Origin: Vairimorpha necatrix
Lineage: Eukaryota
Direction: 5' to 3'
Assembly: GCA_036630325.1 (NCBI GenBank)
Contig: CP142734.1
Span: 992,001-1,056,000, forward strand
Length of the DNA stretch: 64,000 nucleotides
The position numbers and the translations under genes were made by a program. The notes under the pieces were generated by a model that saw nothing but the letters and a program-made list of their open reading frames with translations, searched no databases and had not been told where the DNA came from. Every line of letters begins with the position of its first letter. Positions within the stretch are counted from its first letter, which is position 1. This document shows positions 19,675-31,394 of the stretch, in pieces.

Positions 19675-22179
19675 TTAGACTGAATACCTCCGCCTTAAAT
19701 TCTTAAATTTCTTCTGGTCAAAATGCTTTTCAAATATCCCATTAGCCTTCCACTTCTTTATTATCTCCTTAGCCGACGAGAATCCACTCGCCACTATCTC
19801 ATCAAACTTCTTAAAATCCATAGTATGAATATTATCAAGAGCGGGCCTAAGTACAAATACTTGATTATTCTTCTCTAGAGCTTTCAGTTTCTTCTCTGAG
19901 CTCAGGAAAGATAATCTGTATTGTATCTCAGACATAGTAATATATTTCCTGACTCCTAGGAATTTATGGACTAGACCGACGAATCCATTAAAGGATTCGT
20001 CGTGCTCATCGTAGTCATTGTCTTCTATTGTGCCCACATCTACTGCTATAATCTTACTGACATTCATATTCATCATAATATCAGCAGGGACATTATTAAG
20101 ATACCCTCCGTCTACAAGGAAGCCCTTTGGGTCTACTACAGGCGGGACATATCCACAGAGGCCCATGCTCGCCCTGATATATTTCCAGGCTAGACCAGTA
20201 GTATGGACTTCTTCTTCATTAGTGAATAAATTAGTAGTAATGCAGAAATATTCTAACCAGAGATTCTGGATCAAGTCATTCTTAAATATCTTCTTCAGTT
20301 GCCTATTTAAGGCATCTCCCCTGAAAAGGGAAATAAGTGGGAAAGTCAGATCTAATAATATTTTCCATAAAGAATTCGCAGCAGAGCAGAACTTCTTGGC
20401 CTTGACAAATACAAATCCATTGTCGCACTCTTTACAGTACAGTGCCCCTATAAGGGCGCCCATGCTACTGCCGCCTATTATGTCTATAGGGATTCCTTCT
20501 TCTTCCAGTGCCTGTATGACTCCTATGTGGGCTATCCCTCTGGCTCCTCCTCCACTTAAAACTAGTCCTATTCTCTTGTCCATTAAATATCTCCCTAGTC
20601 TCTCATAATCCTTACTAGAGAAAAGGATCGTCTTACTGGGACTTAGCACATGATGCCACTTATTATATTTCTCTAAGATATTATTTCTATTCTTAATATT
20701 CTCATATAATCTAACATATTCTACATTATTAAACTTATAATTCTCCTTATTATTTTCTATATTGTGTCCCTTGTAAATCTTTTCTTCATTTTCTTGTTCA
20801 TCTTCACAGTCATAGCCTACGACTAAAATTATGTCACTAATCTCATGTAGGAATTTCGCCAATCTACTGTACTTATTTTCAATATTAATCAAAATCAAGG
20901 AATTAATCCTTGACAATCTATTCAAAAATTCACTAATTCTTAATTCATCTGAAACATCAAAACTAAGAAAGAAATCTTTCTTATCTAATAAAATACAATT
21001 CTCTATTGACGATTTCAATCTCCTACTAAATAAATTTATATTTGTAAATTTATTATTTGGTATTAAACTGACTATCTTTGTGTGTTGAGATAAAATCTTA
21101 TTGTTGAATAAGATTTTGTATGCTGAAACATCAAATCTCAAAATATGAGAAATTAAATCTTCTTTTATATATATTATATCACTCAATCTTAATACTTGTA
21201 AAAAATCATCTTTATCTTTTATACTTCCTTCATTTACATAAAGTAAATTCTTCTTTTTAATTTTATCATTAATTCTAAATATTCTCCAATCTGTACATAA
21301 ATCTATATAATGTATTATTGGTCCAAAATTCCTTAAAAAATCCACTTGGAAATTTCTAAGTGTAATTCCTTCATAATCTAAAATTCTCAAAATACTTATA
21401 TTATTACTTATAATTGTTACATTTTTATAACAATTAAAAAATAAACTAAAATATCCAAAAAAATCTCCTTTTTCAAATTTGTATTCTTTCTCATTATTTT
21501 TTATAATTAGACTTCCTTCTTCTATAAAAATTAAACTTTTCATTACTTGGAATTTATTCTTAAAAATCTCTTGATTTTTAAGATTTAAAATTTTATGATG
21601 AATTTCTAAATTTAAAACATTTGTCATAAAATCTTGTAATCTTAATTTATGATCTGGATTTTTCTTCTTGTTAAAATCTTTTTCTTTGTTGATGATAATA
21701 TCAGTGAAATCTAAATATTCACTTAATACTTCAAATACCTTCTTCTTGAGGCTGGTAAGTATCACATATTTGTTTATGCTTGATAAATCAACTTTCCAAA
21801 TTTTGCATTTTTCGTCTGCTTGGATATGCAAATTTTCCAAATTTATAGAAAAATAATTCAGTGCATAAAAATATAGATCAGTTTGTTGTTTTTTACAAAC
21901 AAACTGATTATTATGAAAAATACTAAAAGATCCTTTTTCAATATAAAGCATGTCATTTGGATTTATTATGTCTCCTTTATTTAAATCTATAATTTCTATT
22001 TTTAGATTATTAGTGTATTTATAATAAGGTATATTTTCTGTAATAGGAATTTCTTCTATTAATTCTACTTTTTGATTATCTGGTTTTTTCTCTAAGATTA
22101 TTTTTTTTCGTTTTGTTATTAATTTTTTCAAAATTATAATTCCTAAAATTAAGAATATTAGAAAATAGAATATGAGCAT
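19675..22179 (-). CDS. patatin-like lysophospholipase, NTE1/PNPLA6-like
   Basis: GGGARG, GSSMG and DGG patatin motifs; N-terminal TM helix; degenerate cNMP-binding-like regions (FIEEGSL...GDFFG). Start placed at cccctttATG 22179 (alternative 22236). Confidence 0.9.
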   Translation of the reverse strand: MLIFYFLIFLILGIIILKKLITKRKKIILEKKPDNQKVELIEEIPITENIPYYKYTNNLKIEIIDLNKGDIINPNDMLYIEKGSFSIFHNNQFVCKKQQTDLYFYALNYFSINLENLHIQADEKCKIWKVDLSSINKYVILTSLKKKVFEVLSEYLDFTDIIINKEKDFNKKKNPDHKLRLQDFMTNVLNLEIHHKILNLKNQEIFKNKFQVMKSLIFIEEGSLIIKNNEKEYKFEKGDFFGYFSLFFNCYKNVTIISNNISILRILDYEGITLRNFQVDFLRNFGPIIHYIDLCTDWRIFRINDKIKKKNLLYVNEGSIKDKDDFLQVLRLSDIIYIKEDLISHILRFDVSAYKILFNNKILSQHTKIVSLIPNNKFTNINLFSRRLKSSIENCILLDKKDFFLSFDVSDELRISEFLNRLSRINSLILINIENKYSRLAKFLHEISDIILVVGYDCEDEQENEEKIYKGHNIENNKENYKFNNVEYVRLYENIKNRNNILEKYNKWHHVLSPSKTILFSSKDYERLGRYLMDKRIGLVLSGGGARGIAHIGVIQALEEEGIPIDIIGGSSMGALIGALYCKECDNGFVFVKAKKFCSAANSLWKILLDLTFPLISLFRGDALNRQLKKIFKNDLIQNLWLEYFCITTNLFTNEEEVHTTGLAWKYIRASMGLCGYVPPVVDPKGFLVDGGYLNNVPADIMMNMNVSKIIAVDVGTIEDNDYDEHDESFNGFVGLVHKFLGVRKYITMSEIQYRLSFLSSEKKLKALEKNNQVFVLRPALDNIHTMDFKKFDEIVASGFSSAKEIIKKWKANGIFEKHFDQKKFKNLRRRYSV

Positions 22180-22551
22180 AAAGGGGTAAATTATGCAAAA
22201 TGTAAAGTAAAAATAAATAACAAATTTTTTTGACATTTCTCAATAAAGTTCATATTTTTAAATAAATTAATACATTTGATTAAAATTCTATATAACTAAA
22301 GATTTACAATTTGAAATGAATCTATAAAATTTTAATTTAGATGGAAATGATAAATTTTTAATACAAATAAAGAATAAACTTTAACATTATAAATATTTAA
22401 AATTATGAATATTATACATATAAATTTTACAAATAATTTTTTTCATCAATATTTTTATTTATGAGATTCTTCTACTCCACTTCCTTACTCATCTTAAAAA
22501 TTGGGGTAATAAAAATATAAAAATATCAACAAATATAATTTAAATAAATTT

Positions 22552-24270
22552 TTAATAAAGATCTGAATCAATTATAAATTCTTCATAATTCTTATAAATC
22601 TTCACTTCTTGTTTACTAAACCCTATAATCTTATCAAATTTCTTTAAATATTCAAAATTATGAATTATTAATAAAACTGTCTTATCTGTCAATTTAGTAA
22701 AAACTCTATTAATTAATTCTTTCTCCGCTAAAGTATCAAGATTGGCTGTCGGTTCATCAATTAAAAAAATATCTGCATTTTTTATAACTCCCCTCATAAA
22801 ACTAACTTGTTGTTTTTGTCCACCGGAAAGGAACTTACCACTTTCCCCCACGTTCGTCAAATATCCATCTTGTAATTTCGCGAAAATATCATGTGTATTA
22901 AACTCAATACATAAATCTTTAATTTCTCTATTAGTAATTTTTTTATTAGAATATTTCAAATTTTCTAATACTGTTCCTTCTATTATATAAGGATTTTGTG
23001 GTATATAAGAAATCAAATCTCTCTGTGACGTCACAGAAATTTCATCCATTTTTATATCGTCAATAAAAACTTCTCCTTCGTAATCATAAAATCTTAGTAG
23101 TGTTTTTACTAAGGAACTCTTCCCACTACCATTTTTACCGACTATCGCTACTTTTTCTCCTTTATTAATTATTAAATTTAATTTTTTAATTAATAAATTA
23201 TCTTTAATAAATAATGAGAAATCTTTAAATTCAATCTGTTGATTGAATTTTAAAATTTTTTTTTCTTCATTATTATTATCTAAATGTAAACCAACTAAAC
23301 TACTATCTTTTACATCTGTGTAAGTTTGAGTAAATCTCAAAATATTTTTACCAAAACTTTCCATATTGTTTTTTAAACTCATAACTAATTTGTGGTACAA
23401 AGATAACTTCCCGAAATCTGATAAGACAGAAAAGCCTCTACCTGTTAGTACTAAATAAATTATTATACTATTGGGCAATAGAGTCATTAATTTCTGTATA
23501 AAAGTAGATACATTACAATATGTATCAAATTTGAAATAAGATTCTTCTAGACTACTACATTTCTCATTTAATTTAGCTACTTCTAGGGTGTCATTATTAT
23601 AAGACTTGATGACGTCATAATTGTTTAATACCCCGTAAATTCGATTAGAGCACTCGTTCCAGTCTGCATTTGCGACTTCTCTTCGTCTTTTAATTATCAC
23701 AGAAGAAATTCCGCAAAAAATAAAATAACAAATCAATATAATTATATTAAACCCTACTACTGACAAAGATATCTTCTCATACATCCTACAATAAGTAGCG
23801 TAAATAAATATAAAGTTCCAATATCCATTCATTATTATTAATTCTATCAAATCTGTTATTCCTTTAGTTCTTCTTTCTATAATTGTATGAATTTTCCCAG
23901 ATCCAAGGCTGTGGTAGTCATTGTGGTGTAGCGCAATGTACTCAGAAGTGTGGATCTTAAAATTCTCTACGACAGTGCACTGTAAATAAACAGAGAAAAG
24001 ACATTCAGAAAGAAAAGTCAAAAAATAATGTGTAAGAATAAATAAGAGGTATAAACTTATTAATCTACCAGGAGTATTAGATTTTATATCTTGCATTATA
24101 AATATTTCTAGATTGTTTACTGAAGTAATAATGTAACTATGACATGAAGCAGACATATAAATTACCAATAAAATTGGAATTATATAAATTCTGAACATGG
24201 GATTGTATAGAAAATATTTAAGGATAATTCCATTTACGAAACTTTCTTCAGTTATCTTTTTCCGTATCAT
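22552..24270 (-). CDS. ABC half-transporter, ATM1/ABCB-like
   Basis: N-terminal TM domain; Walker A GKNGSGKS, signature LSGGQ, Walker B FLIDEPT. Confidence 0.92.
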   Translation of the reverse strand: MIRKKITEESFVNGIILKYFLYNPMFRIYIIPILLVIYMSASCHSYIITSVNNLEIFIMQDIKSNTPGRLISLYLLFILTHYFLTFLSECLFSVYLQCTVVENFKIHTSEYIALHHNDYHSLGSGKIHTIIERRTKGITDLIELIIMNGYWNFIFIYATYCRMYEKISLSVVGFNIIILICYFIFCGISSVIIKRRREVANADWNECSNRIYGVLNNYDVIKSYNNDTLEVAKLNEKCSSLEESYFKFDTYCNVSTFIQKLMTLLPNSIIIYLVLTGRGFSVLSDFGKLSLYHKLVMSLKNNMESFGKNILRFTQTYTDVKDSSLVGLHLDNNNEEKKILKFNQQIEFKDFSLFIKDNLLIKKLNLIINKGEKVAIVGKNGSGKSSLVKTLLRFYDYEGEVFIDDIKMDEISVTSQRDLISYIPQNPYIIEGTVLENLKYSNKKITNREIKDLCIEFNTHDIFAKLQDGYLTNVGESGKFLSGGQKQQVSFMRGVIKNADIFLIDEPTANLDTLAEKELINRVFTKLTDKTVLLIIHNFEYLKKFDKIIGFSKQEVKIYKNYEEFIIDSDLY

Positions 24271-24786
24271 GGCTTTTTGGGGTTAGAAAATATTTTTTTT
24301 ATATAAAAAAAAATTAAAAAATAATATGAAATTTAAAATTTAAATGAATAACGGCTTTTTAAATTTAAATAATAAAAGGCTTTTTTAAAATTAAACAACG
24401 ATTTAGTACAATGAGAGGAAAATATTGATTTTTAGTCAATTGTGAAAAAATAACGATCTTTAGTAAATTGTGAAAAAAATAACGATCTTTAGTAAATTAT
24501 GTTTTCCCTCCTTTTATAATTCTCCTTTTAATTTTGACATCTACTCTAAAATTTCAAGAATACTTTAGAAAGTTATTTGATGTATCTAAATAAATATTAT
24601 TTTATATCTTAAAGTTAATATTATAAATTGAATAATACTAATTCAAGTTGTTAAATCCATACAGTACATAAGAGATAAATTATTAATATGACAGTAAAAT
24701 ATTAAATTTTAAAATTATTAATATATATATATATATTAGATATTATAGTTTTATAGGGAATAAAAGTTCTTTATTAATTTCATCTA

Positions 24787-25710
24787 TTAAAACCATCCTT
24801 CATACCTAGGAATCTCCCCACTGTGATAATCTCCCAAATGCTCTCCATCTGAAGTAGAAATTGGCACGTGTATATGTCCCGAACTAGTAGACCCTGACAC
24901 TAACCCTGTACCATGACCATGGGATACGGAATGCGCTCCACCTGCAGATGAAGCTTTTTTATTATCATTAATTATACTAAATCTCCCTTTACTTGGATCG
25001 ACAACAGCCGAAGTTTTATTAACTGGCGCATTTTCATAAAATTTTTTAACTAATTCTGGATCTTCCACTAAACTTTCCATAGGACTTTCATTATTCGGTC
25101 TCTCATGTAAAAGCGCATTCTTTTTCTGCATATCGCCTTCAACAAGCGCAGCTTGTCTCAAATCATTCAACCTTTTCAATTCATACTCGTCATGTACAGC
25201 AAATCCAAATGTATGAGGAGTCACTGCTATAATCGGCATTATAGGTTTAACTAGTTCTTCTTTGGGAGAATGTAGTATAGCATCAATTTCCGCTTTCTTT
25301 TTCTTTAAAAGATTCGCTTTCGCTCTTTTTTCTTCTGCTTCAACTTGTTTTAATTTGGTTTTTTGTAGACTTGCTCTTCGACTAGCGTCGAGACTTTCTT
25401 TTTCAGATTCAAGTGCACTAACTTGTAGTTCTACTATTTGTTGGTCTACACTTTTAGCTGTACCAGTTTGTAAAGCGTTAGACAGGACTGGTATCGAAGT
25501 ATATGCTTTACCATCACCTTTGTGTAAAACATCTTCAGTAATTACCATGGCTTTTATACCAGTATTACCTAGATTATGATTTACAGCCGTACTTCCTTGA
25601 CCACTTCCATTATTATTTGTAGACTCATGGACGATGTGACTACCTTCTATAGAAGCATGTGTCTGAGCTATATTTTTGGATATGAATATTATAAATAAGA
25701 AATCGATCAT
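24787..25710 (-). CDS. hypothetical secreted protein (signal peptide, coiled coil, G/S/H-rich tail)
   Basis: 307 aa ORF; MIDFLFIIFISKNIAQ N-terminus. Confidence 0.8.
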   Translation of the reverse strand: MIDFLFIIFISKNIAQTHASIEGSHIVHESTNNNGSGQGSTAVNHNLGNTGIKAMVITEDVLHKGDGKAYTSIPVLSNALQTGTAKSVDQQIVELQVSALESEKESLDASRRASLQKTKLKQVEAEEKRAKANLLKKKKAEIDAILHSPKEELVKPIMPIIAVTPHTFGFAVHDEYELKRLNDLRQAALVEGDMQKKNALLHERPNNESPMESLVEDPELVKKFYENAPVNKTSAVVDPSKGRFSIINDNKKASSAGGAHSVSHGHGTGLVSGSTSSGHIHVPISTSDGEHLGDYHSGEIPRYEGWF

Positions 25711-25932
25711 TTCAATGTGTGTATCAGTAAAATTTATATTTAAGTTTTTGACGTTTCATGTTTTACGAATCGAGTTTTAAAATTTATTAACAAATGAAAA
25801 TTTAATTAAAAAACGAATAAAAAATAATATTAATAGTAAAAAAAACAAGTCACAGTTTTAATAGACATAATATTTATGATGTTTCGAAATTTGAAACACA
25901 AAATTATTAAGTACTTTCACTGTATAGAAATT

Positions 25933-26169
25933 ATGAGATTTCTTATAATTTCGTTGTCTTTAATATTAGGCAGATTAATTAGTAGGAAAGAAGAAGAAGC
26001 ACAACATCCTTTAGTACAAGAGTTTATGAGATCCAAGGAATTAGATAAAAAAATAAGAAGAGAGTTGATACGACCAATTACTCATGAAAATTTCCATGAT
26101 CCGAATGTACCACTTTATGAGCCTTTTAAATTGACAGAAGCACAACAAGATATTTTATTACAACATTAA
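25933..26169 (+). CDS. small putative secreted protein (78 aa)
   Basis: Internal ATG gives signal-like MRFLIISLSLILG followed by a hydrophilic body; track start is 25876. Confidence 0.65.
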   Translation: MRFLIISLSLILGRLISRKEEEAQHPLVQEFMRSKELDKKIRRELIRPITHENFHDPNVPLYEPFKLTEAQQDILLQH

Positions 26170-26477
26170 ATTTATATTAATATATTATTTAGCTTAGTAA
26201 GTTAAAATTTGGTAAATATATTTATTGGTTAATATTTGCTTAAATATATATCTGCCTAATTATTGGACTTATTTTAAACAAATACACTAAATTCGGCTAG
26301 TAAATTTTTTTAAATATTTTGATCTTTTTTTTACCCTTTAAAAATAAATGTTAAGAGCAATGAATTTTATAATTTTGTTGTGTCAGACGTTTATGACATT
26401 TTTATTTAATTTTTTTACACAAATGTTTTTTAGTGCTCATCTTTATAAAGTCCTTTAGCTCGTTTTTTACCCTGTAA

Positions 26478-26849
26478 ATGAATAGTAGAAATTTACCATT
26501 CGACTCAAGAGAAGAGACGAAATCTACTGCTTTTATAAAAGTAGATGATGACAAATTCAGACTTGTCTATACAAAAGCCAAAGGCCAGAATATAATTCAT
26601 GATGTCTTGAAAATTGAGATTAATAATCCATTAGAATATGTCATATCTGAAATCATGGATTTATTAAAATTACAAGTTTACAGACGAATTCATTTGTTTT
26701 TAAAATATAAATTTTTTACAGAGTTGGCTGATCGAATAGAAGAAATCTACGAGGTGCTTAAGACGAGTAAATATAATGTGAACTTTGTATTTGTAAGTAA
26801 GAAATATAAGGAAGAAGATTATATTTTATTATATGACATATATTTATAA
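26478..26849 (+). CDS. hypothetical protein
   Basis: 123 aa ORF with ccctgtaaATG start context. Confidence 0.75.
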   Translation: MNSRNLPFDSREETKSTAFIKVDDDKFRLVYTKAKGQNIIHDVLKIEINNPLEYVISEIMDLLKLQVYRRIHLFLKYKFFTELADRIEEIYEVLKTSKYNVNFVFVSKKYKEEDYILLYDIYL

Positions 26850-26967
26850 AGCTAATATAAATAAAATATATTTGTATACACAGATTTTCAATATTACTTT
26901 TTTTTCCAATATTAAAATTTTTTTTCAATATAAATCTTTTTAATATGAAAATTTATATTTTAAATGT

Positions 26968-28125
26968 CTAACAGAAACAACAGAAGTTCTTTGGTTGGTG
27001 ACTTGGCCCGATATTCTTCTTATACACTGTGCTCTTTAACTTATTTATCTTAACATCTGAGTTTGTATTCCCAAACTTAAAAGAAATTGTGTACCACCAC
27101 AAACTCAATAAATTATTCCGTCGTCTTCCATAGCCTTTTTCATAAAACTCGGCCACAGTAAACGCGCCTTCGGGATGTCCGCGTATTCCGCACAAAAGCG
27201 CATATTTGAACGACTGGTCAAAATTAGCAGACAATGTGTGGTCTACACCAGTGAAAAAAAACTTAGACAATAAATATTGAGCATCCATGTGTCCATTGTC
27301 TGACGCATCTTTGTAATATTCAAGAGCTAATCTCATACAAGGCTTTTTAGACAACTGACCCAGTTCAAAGGCCTTGCCTAGTCTATACTGTGAATTCGGG
27401 CAACCAAGGCGGGCGCCCCTTTCGTACATTTTAAAAGCGTACTCGTCGTCCGGGTCTATTTCAGTACTATTATAGTCCGACTCATAAACCTGACCTAAGT
27501 CATAAAAAGGAAAAGGATACGACCGATCAGCCTTATGACTAGCCAGCTTTAGGTAAAACAACCCAGTCTGGAATTCCTTAGTCGTATTCAAATCTCCACT
27601 TAGTAGAATTGAACCATACGTATGCATCCCATAAACACATCCAAGTTTAGCAGCACATCTATAAAAATATATTGCCTTAGAATATCCATTACTCTTCCCC
27701 ATCTCTTTCTCATACGCCTGCGCTAGTCTATAAGTCCCATATTTATTATTTTGTTTAGCAGCAACTACGTAATAATTAAAAGCAAATTTGATATTCCTAG
27801 GAATATCAAACAGACCTATTTCATAAACCATACCTAAAAAAGTTTGTGCTTCTGACGAAAACTTCTTATTTGACACAGTAGAAGCCATTTTTATTAAAAA
27901 ATCTAAACAATAAGAATTTAAATCTTTTACAAAACTTCTAACTTCTTTGTCTACGTCAAGTGGGTTTCTAAACTGGACTGTGTTGATTTCGCCTAAGCTA
28001 TTGGCTTCCATACTGAGTGAGTAATCTTTTATTAATTTGAAAATTTCTTTGGGATTTGGATCTTCTTTTAAAGAATAGAATCTGTTCTGGAATAATTTAT
28101 CATTAATTATTCTATTAGTATACAT
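26968..28125 (-). CDS. Sel1-repeat protein, Skt5/Chs4-like chitin synthase activator
   Basis: Multiple SEL1 repeats (AQTFLGMVYEIG, SQYRLGKAFELG, AQYLLSKFFFTG, AEFYEKGYG) and a C-terminal prenylation-like CCFC. Confidence 0.85.
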   Translation of the reverse strand: MYTNRIINDKLFQNRFYSLKEDPNPKEIFKLIKDYSLSMEANSLGEINTVQFRNPLDVDKEVRSFVKDLNSYCLDFLIKMASTVSNKKFSSEAQTFLGMVYEIGLFDIPRNIKFAFNYYVVAAKQNNKYGTYRLAQAYEKEMGKSNGYSKAIYFYRCAAKLGCVYGMHTYGSILLSGDLNTTKEFQTGLFYLKLASHKADRSYPFPFYDLGQVYESDYNSTEIDPDDEYAFKMYERGARLGCPNSQYRLGKAFELGQLSKKPCMRLALEYYKDASDNGHMDAQYLLSKFFFTGVDHTLSANFDQSFKYALLCGIRGHPEGAFTVAEFYEKGYGRRRNNLLSLWWYTISFKFGNTNSDVKINKLKSTVYKKNIGPSHQPKNFCCFC

Positions 28126-28472
28126 GCCATCATAGTGGGATTTCGGTTTATATTGTGGAAATAACCAATAGGAAAAAAAGAACTCCTTTTTTATGAAAGG
28201 GAAATAGAAAAATCAATATTTGGAGAAGAGTTGTAAAAATTTTATAAAATTGAATTTATAAAATTTTTTTTGTGGTAACTAATTTACCCAATTTTATTTA
28301 GGAGAGATGTTAATCAAAGTTGACGAATTAGCTTGGAATTATTAATTTGTTAAAATCAAGCAAATGTATTTTTTGATCAGAATACAGATGAGATTTTAAA
28401 TATCAAAATGATTTTTCCTTTTTTTTTATCAAGTAGATTGACAAACATCAATTAATACTTGTTACTTAAATT

Positions 28473-28605
28473 CAAATCTTTTACATTGTATTAATAAAAT
28501 TATAATAAAAGATTTGGCAAATCTTTTACATTGTATTAATAAAATTATAATAAAGATTTGGCAAATCTTTTACATTGTATTAATAAAATTATAATAAAGA
28601 TTTGG
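28473..28605. repeat. tandem repeat, 3 x ~44 bp
   Basis: CAAATCTTTTACATTGTATTAATAAAATTATAATAAA(A)GATTTGG three times, nearly identical. Confidence 0.92.
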
Positions 28606-28808
28606 AAAATTTTTCACTTGAAAATATTTAATGAAATATAAAATATTTTACATATTACAATTACAATTTATACAAAATTAAAAGTTGAGATTTTTAACTT
28701 GACATACAAAATTTTTTAAAGGTTTAATACAATGTTATATAAAATTTTAAACTACAAAATATTTCTGAAAAAAAAAATAATACTTGAGATTTTTATGAAA
28801 AATCATTT

Positions 28809-31325
28809 TTAATCTTTTTCTGTTACTAAATCCGAGTTATATTCCCTAAATTCTTGATTATGTTTGATTTTCTCAATCGTCTTATTAATAGCCATCACAA
28901 TATCCCCATTTTTTTTATTAGTTAAAATCTCAATAACTTTATCTCCCAGTTTATGACAAGAAACAATTCCAAGTACATTTTCAATGACATATTGGAAAAG
29001 TCTGTCATTTTTCATAAAACTTCTTATATTGTCAAAATTATCAAGAATATAATTAATAATTAGAGAACGGTGAACTAAATTACCAGAAAGATAAAGGAAA
29101 AAATAAATACTGTTATGTGGTTCAATCTCAGTATACAAAGATAACATTTTCTTCAGCATATTTTCTTTTTTCATATGGGCCAAGGAAGACAAAGCCATCG
29201 TCTTTTCGTCTGGTAATTTCGATTCTTTGGCCAATTTCCATAAATCGTCAAATTTGGCATCTGCGACTGACGAGAAAATTGACCGGATATATTCGGGATT
29301 TAAAGATTTGCCTTGTTTATAAAAATCAAAACCTTCATTTAGTTTTTGATTTAAATCTTTGTTATTTGTAGAAAATGCATACCAGAGCAGTAAACTATTT
29401 GAGACTGACTCGTCTGTTTTTAGATTTTTATTTAAGAAATCAATATTTTTTGCTCTTTCTCCTGTAATGTCCCAAATGACCTCATTTATATGATTTACAA
29501 CCCTCGTTTCATCTGAAAAAATACTGCGTATTTTTGATAAATTTGTCAAAATCGAACTTAAAATTTCCGGGTTACTTTCTCTAATAAAAAGTTCACTTAA
29601 AACAATCCCATCAATAGCCAACATTCTATTGCTAAAAATCAAAGCGAAAATGTCATTAATTAGATTTAACTTGTTACTTGTCGAAATATCAAGTTTTAAT
29701 AATTCGGCTAAATTTTGTAAAGGATACCTTACCCTGTAGAAACTTGAAGCTTCGTCATTAAATTTATAAATTTTACTCTTTTTTTGTAAAGTTAAATTTT
29801 TGTCAATCATCAAAATCGTCTCTGTGTTTTCTTGTTCTCCAAACCACCTGATTTTTAGAGGTATTTTCCATAAATCCCTATTATTCGTACCAGATAATAA
29901 AAATCTCTGCTGTTCAATATTTAAATTGAAATTCGTGTGGTCATCTTCAGTCTCTGAAGATGCCGAATTATTAGAATTTTCTGATGTATCTTTAATATTC
30001 AAAATTGGGAAGCCTTGTCTTGTAATCCAGTCATTCATAATAACTTGAACATTTAGTTCTTCCCGGAATGACATCCATAAATCGTCAGTAGAAGCATTTG
30101 AATATTTAAACTTGTTTAAATAATTCCTTATTCCTTCTTTGAATGCTTCTTCTCCTATGTAACCTTCTAACATTCTGATCATTGATGCACCTTTGGAATA
30201 CGAAATAGTATCAAAGATCTGATTAATGTCAGATGGTTTATTGACAGTCACTGCTATAGGATGAGAAGATTTAAGACAATCGTGTTTCATTCCCGACTCA
30301 ATGTCGTCATTAATAAACTCAGTCCATACATCCCAATCAATAAGATCTTTTGACAAATTATTCATTGCCAAATAAGAAGCCCAAGTAGCAAATCCTTCAT
30401 TAAGCCAGAGATCATTCCACCAAGACATAGTCACTAAATTACCAAACCACATGTGGGCTAATTCATGACAAACAGTAAGAGCAATATTCTTTTTAGATCT
30501 GAGACTACTAGTCTCTTTATCAAAAAGTAAAGAAGTCTTCCTGAATGTAACAAGGCCCCAATTTTCCATGGCTCCACTTACAAAAGTGGGAATCGTAACT
30601 AAGTCAAGTTTAGGAAGAGGATATTCGATATTGAAATATTCCTCAAAGAAGTCTAAACATTCTGCCGCTACTTTGGCAGGATATTCGCCCCAGTCCTTTT
30701 CATCTTTATGAGAATAGACTTTTATAGGAACACCTCTTTTCGTCTGCCACTCAAAGGCCTCAAGTTTCCCTGAAATGTAAGCTACAATATAAGTCGACAT
30801 TTTAGGCGTAGTATTAAAACAATAATATCCATCCTTAATTTCCTTTAAACTAGAATTACTTAATGCCCCGAATCCTTCTAAAGGCTTAATACTTATAGTA
30901 AATGCAGCTTTCATATCGGGTTGATCCCAAGATGGAAACGCCCTTCTTGCATTTGTAGGCTCAAAATCAGTGGAAAACAAATCATCTTCATTATATTTAG
31001 ATTTATAAAATCCCCACATATCTTCAGAATAATATCCTTTAAATTTTATAAATAAAATTACTTTGTCTTCACAACAAATTTCCCCATCTTGAATTTCCAG
31101 ATTTACAAAAGTATTTTCAGAAACAAAAGAAATTTGTTTTTCTTCATCATTGACAAATAATTTGACTTCTTTTAATTCCAAAGAGTCTTCATTAAAATTA
31201 AACTTATTAGTCTTTCTTAAAACTTTGAGATTTACTTCTTCTTCACCAGTAAAATGGTCATTTTCAATTTCTATTTTCAGATTGTAGTGTTCAGGTGCTA
31301 CGTTGTAATCGAGAACTTCTTTCAT
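28809..31325 (-). CDS. M1-family zinc aminopeptidase (puromycin-sensitive/Ape2-like)
   Basis: GAMENWG and HELAHMWFGNLVT...WLNEGFA motifs; start placed at cccttgcATG 31325. Confidence 0.95.
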   Translation of the reverse strand: MKEVLDYNVAPEHYNLKIEIENDHFTGEEEVNLKVLRKTNKFNFNEDSLELKEVKLFVNDEEKQISFVSENTFVNLEIQDGEICCEDKVILFIKFKGYYSEDMWGFYKSKYNEDDLFSTDFEPTNARRAFPSWDQPDMKAAFTISIKPLEGFGALSNSSLKEIKDGYYCFNTTPKMSTYIVAYISGKLEAFEWQTKRGVPIKVYSHKDEKDWGEYPAKVAAECLDFFEEYFNIEYPLPKLDLVTIPTFVSGAMENWGLVTFRKTSLLFDKETSSLRSKKNIALTVCHELAHMWFGNLVTMSWWNDLWLNEGFATWASYLAMNNLSKDLIDWDVWTEFINDDIESGMKHDCLKSSHPIAVTVNKPSDINQIFDTISYSKGASMIRMLEGYIGEEAFKEGIRNYLNKFKYSNASTDDLWMSFREELNVQVIMNDWITRQGFPILNIKDTSENSNNSASSETEDDHTNFNLNIEQQRFLLSGTNNRDLWKIPLKIRWFGEQENTETILMIDKNLTLQKKSKIYKFNDEASSFYRVRYPLQNLAELLKLDISTSNKLNLINDIFALIFSNRMLAIDGIVLSELFIRESNPEILSSILTNLSKIRSIFSDETRVVNHINEVIWDITGERAKNIDFLNKNLKTDESVSNSLLLWYAFSTNNKDLNQKLNEGFDFYKQGKSLNPEYIRSIFSSVADAKFDDLWKLAKESKLPDEKTMALSSLAHMKKENMLKKMLSLYTEIEPHNSIYFFLYLSGNLVHRSLIINYILDNFDNIRSFMKNDRLFQYVIENVLGIVSCHKLGDKVIEILTNKKNGDIVMAINKTIEKIKHNQEFREYNSDLVTEKD

Positions 31326-31394
31326 GCAAGGGTCAAAATTTTTTATTTTTATAGTTGTAAACAAATTTGTGAAACAACAAATTTTTAAGCCCCA

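Noticed and set aside
20018..20608. 196-aa + strand ORF and similar antisense ORFs (1684-2058, 25262-25579, 50109-50444, 58549-59823)
   Set aside because: They are shadows on the opposite strand of well-supported genes and have no recognisable motifs.
22440..22510. CCCC motif followed by ATGAGTAAG on the minus strand (possible tiny or intron-containing gene)
   Set aside because: Stop after six codons, and no splice solution giving a convincing ORF was found.
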